Shown: positions 61,845 to 64,000 of the stretch, piece by piece
Numbering within the stretch: position 1 is the stretch's first letter
Layout: every line of letters begins with the position of its first letter
Source of the DNA: Raillietiella orientalis
Taxonomy: Eukaryota
Length of the DNA: 64,000 nt
Reading direction: 5' to 3'
Assembly (NCBI GenBank): GCA_036172245.1
Contig: JAYWIR010000053.1
Location: forward strand, 124,001 to 188,000
Position numbers and translations under genes: made by a program
The notes under the pieces: generated by a model
Seen by the model: the letters and a program-made list of their open reading frames with translations, nothing else
The model's database searches: none
What the model was told of the DNA's origin: nothing

Positions 61845-63413
61845 TTTTACGGGAGATGTCCAGGAAATCGAAAGAATCGCGGGAGGGCGGCTACTGTGGA
61901 GGAACGGAACGGACAACTCCTGCGGAGTGGCCTTTCTGCTAAAGCCTGCTGTCGACAACGCACTGCGCAGCGTCAGGTTGGACGAGGACGGTAGAGTTGG
62001 GCAGCTTGCGTTCAAGTGGACCGACTTGATCGATTTCGTGGTGACGAACCTGTACGCTCCGGTGAGCAGCCACAGGGCCGAGGAACGCATTGCGTTCTTC
62101 CAATCCCTGCGGTGAGACTGGTTGGCTGAAGCAAGCGTACGGCGGGCGCACCTCATCGCGGGCGACTTCAATCTCCGCCTGCTTGCAGGTGCTCCCAGCA
62201 GTCGAGCACAACTAGTCAACGAGCTGTGCGCAGCAATGAATGCGCGCAACTTGTTGGCCGGTGATGCCAAGAGAGATCGGAACATCGACCACATGTTCCT
62301 CGACAACCACCTGTGCACGCGGGTGGGAACTCGAGGAACGCTCCCGGCAGAGCTGTCCGACCATCCACGGCTCGTGCTCGAGTTGCATCCGCGGAATGAG
62401 GGCCCTCCCTTGAAGACGTGGCGCCTCCCAGGGGACTGGATGCGCCTCGCAGGAGCGGCGGAACATCTACGCGCGTTCCTGCGAGTATTCCATCTTGAGA
62501 CGCTCGCGGACTGGGACGAAATGAAGTGCTCAGTCCGCGAGTTTTGCGACCAGTTTCCCCTGGAACGTCTGCCGCCGAGCTTCGGCAATGGGGTCAGGAA
62601 CGAACGGGCCTACCTTCAGGCCCGCTGGTATTCCAGGCGTCCCGACGTCCGGCGCTTGGCGGAATTCAAAGCTGAGGCGGAGAGGCAGGCCTGGCAGTCA
62701 GGCTCGGCCTGCTTGCTACACCATCAGGGCCAATAGCGCTTCAGCCCAACTCAGGTATGCCGCATCGTGCGGAAGTTCTATTCCTCCTTGTACGCGCCAC
62801 TAACACCGGAGCGCCATTTCGCGCGGCAAGTGCTGCAGGATGGCCTCCCCGCACTCAAGGAGGAGGATCGTTTCACGTTGGCAGAACCGTTCACGATGGT
62901 GGAGGTTGTCTCCGCCATCAGCAGGCTCAAGAATAGGAAGGCACAAGGAGAGGACGGCCTGCCCGCGGAGTTTTACAAACACTTCGCGGCAGAGCTGGCC
63001 CTTCCGGTGCTCAGGTTGAGTACGCTGATCCGCGAACACGGCGAAGTTCCCGCCTCGTTCCGGTCAGCAAAAGTACGTCTCCTGCCGAAATCAGGAGACT
63101 TACGCAACATTGGCAACTGGCGTCCCATCACAGAAGTGAATGCGGACGCAAAGCTGTATGCCAAGTATTGGGCTGAGCGCTTGGGGCGGGTGGCCGCTTC
63201 CGTGATCAGTCCGGAGCAGACCTATGCTGTTCCCGGACGAAGCATCGAGTCAAACCTGCTTCTCGCCAGCACATGGTGGCAGTTGCGACAACGCGTTGCC
63301 CAGAAAGGTCAAGGGAGTCTTGCGCTCCCCTCTGACGAAAAACATCGGATAGAGGGTGGGAGGGACTCGGCGGGAGCCTTTGCAGTCGCGGTCGACTTGG
63401 GCAAAGCATTCGA
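61845..63413 (+). mobile_element. LINE family C copy C3, ORF2 EN to KAFD
   Basis: Colinear with C1 ORF2 and ends at AVDLGKAFD. Confidence 0.9.
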
Positions 63414-64000
63414 TTTTCATCCGGATTTCTCCAAGTCGTTTATTAAAAAAATAAACGACGTAAACAAATTATTAATGGCTGTGGCAATGCTCCAGCCAGA
63501 AGCTAAGAACCACGGCGCCTGCCAATTCACCGGTTTCTAGACCGGTACCGTCCACCAAGGCAGCAGGGGAAAGGGGAAAAACAAAAAAAAACCAAAAAAA
63601 AAAAACAAAGGGTGGGAGGGAACGGGAAGGGTTCACTGTTGCTGCTGGGGCTGCATCATTCCTCTCAGGAGGCTGGCAAGCTCTTGTTTGTTGCGAACAT
63701 CCAGGTGGGCCATCGCGACGTTCTCCTCAGGAATTCGGAGGCGCACTGGATGGCTTCCTGATCGCTAGGTCCTCCCTTCGCCGTGCTCCAGGCGGCGACG
63801 ATCCCACGAAGGCAGCACAAGGCTGCTATCGAGGACGCTGGCCGCAGGGCGTCGGCAACGAAGAAGGCTTTTAGTGCGTCCCTGGGGTTGCTGCAAGGGA
63901 TATTGATGGCCGCGTCAAAGCGGAATTAAAAGGGCCGAAGGGCAACACAATCCACTAGGAGGTGGGGGAGGGAATCACGTTCCCGCACCTTACACAATTG
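63414..64000 (-). mobile_element. LINE family B copy B3, 3' end (extends beyond window)
   Basis: 3' UTR and ORF2 tail are homologous to 41620-42212. Terminus AATAAACGACTTGGAGAAATCCGGATGAAAA. Confidence 0.88.

Noticed and set aside
61017..61994. Host gene fragments in the AT-richer end region
   Set aside because: Other frames match degenerate ORF2 pieces, and the listed short ORFs have no recognisable features. About 61430-61540 remains unassigned.
55417..63413. 55416 and 63414 junctions as two ends of a single B insertion
   Set aside because: The geometry is wrong (the elements extend away from each other) and the host sequences belong to different families (D vs C).
14510..63444. Recurring ~27-nt palindromic motif as a CRISPR repeat, attC site or REP
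   Set aside because: Copies are kilobases apart, on both strands, and always at LINE 3' ends. No spacers, cas genes or integrase are present.
1..64000. Prokaryotic RT system (DGR, retron, group II intron)
   Set aside because: The RTs are fused to an APE endonuclease and preceded by a CCHC ORF1, which is eukaryotic non-LTR architecture.

Overview
Eukaryotic, GC-rich window made almost entirely of L1/Tx1-like non-LTR retrotransposons. ORF1 carries CCHC zinc knuckles; ORF2 has an APE endonuclease, an RT with KAFD/QGD/YADD motifs and a C-terminal CxxC..H..C finger. I count about 20 copies or fragments in at least five families (my labels A, B, C, D, G), none fully intact, and I recognise no host genes. 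The copies form a nested stack, and 13 of 15 orientable insertions are antisense to their host. Two families insert at nucleotide-exact sites in conserved coding motifs of other retrotransposons. Family B targets the RT 'KAFD^C' codons (3 insertions, 3 host families, 14-bp TSD). Family A targets the 'LPxGFGx^G' linker codons (4 junctions, 15-bp TSD). Families A-D share a 5' GGACGTG...GCTCC motif and a 3' AATAAA+hairpin end with almost no poly(A). All junction coordinates were read by eye and may be off by a few nucleotides where no TSD anchors them.
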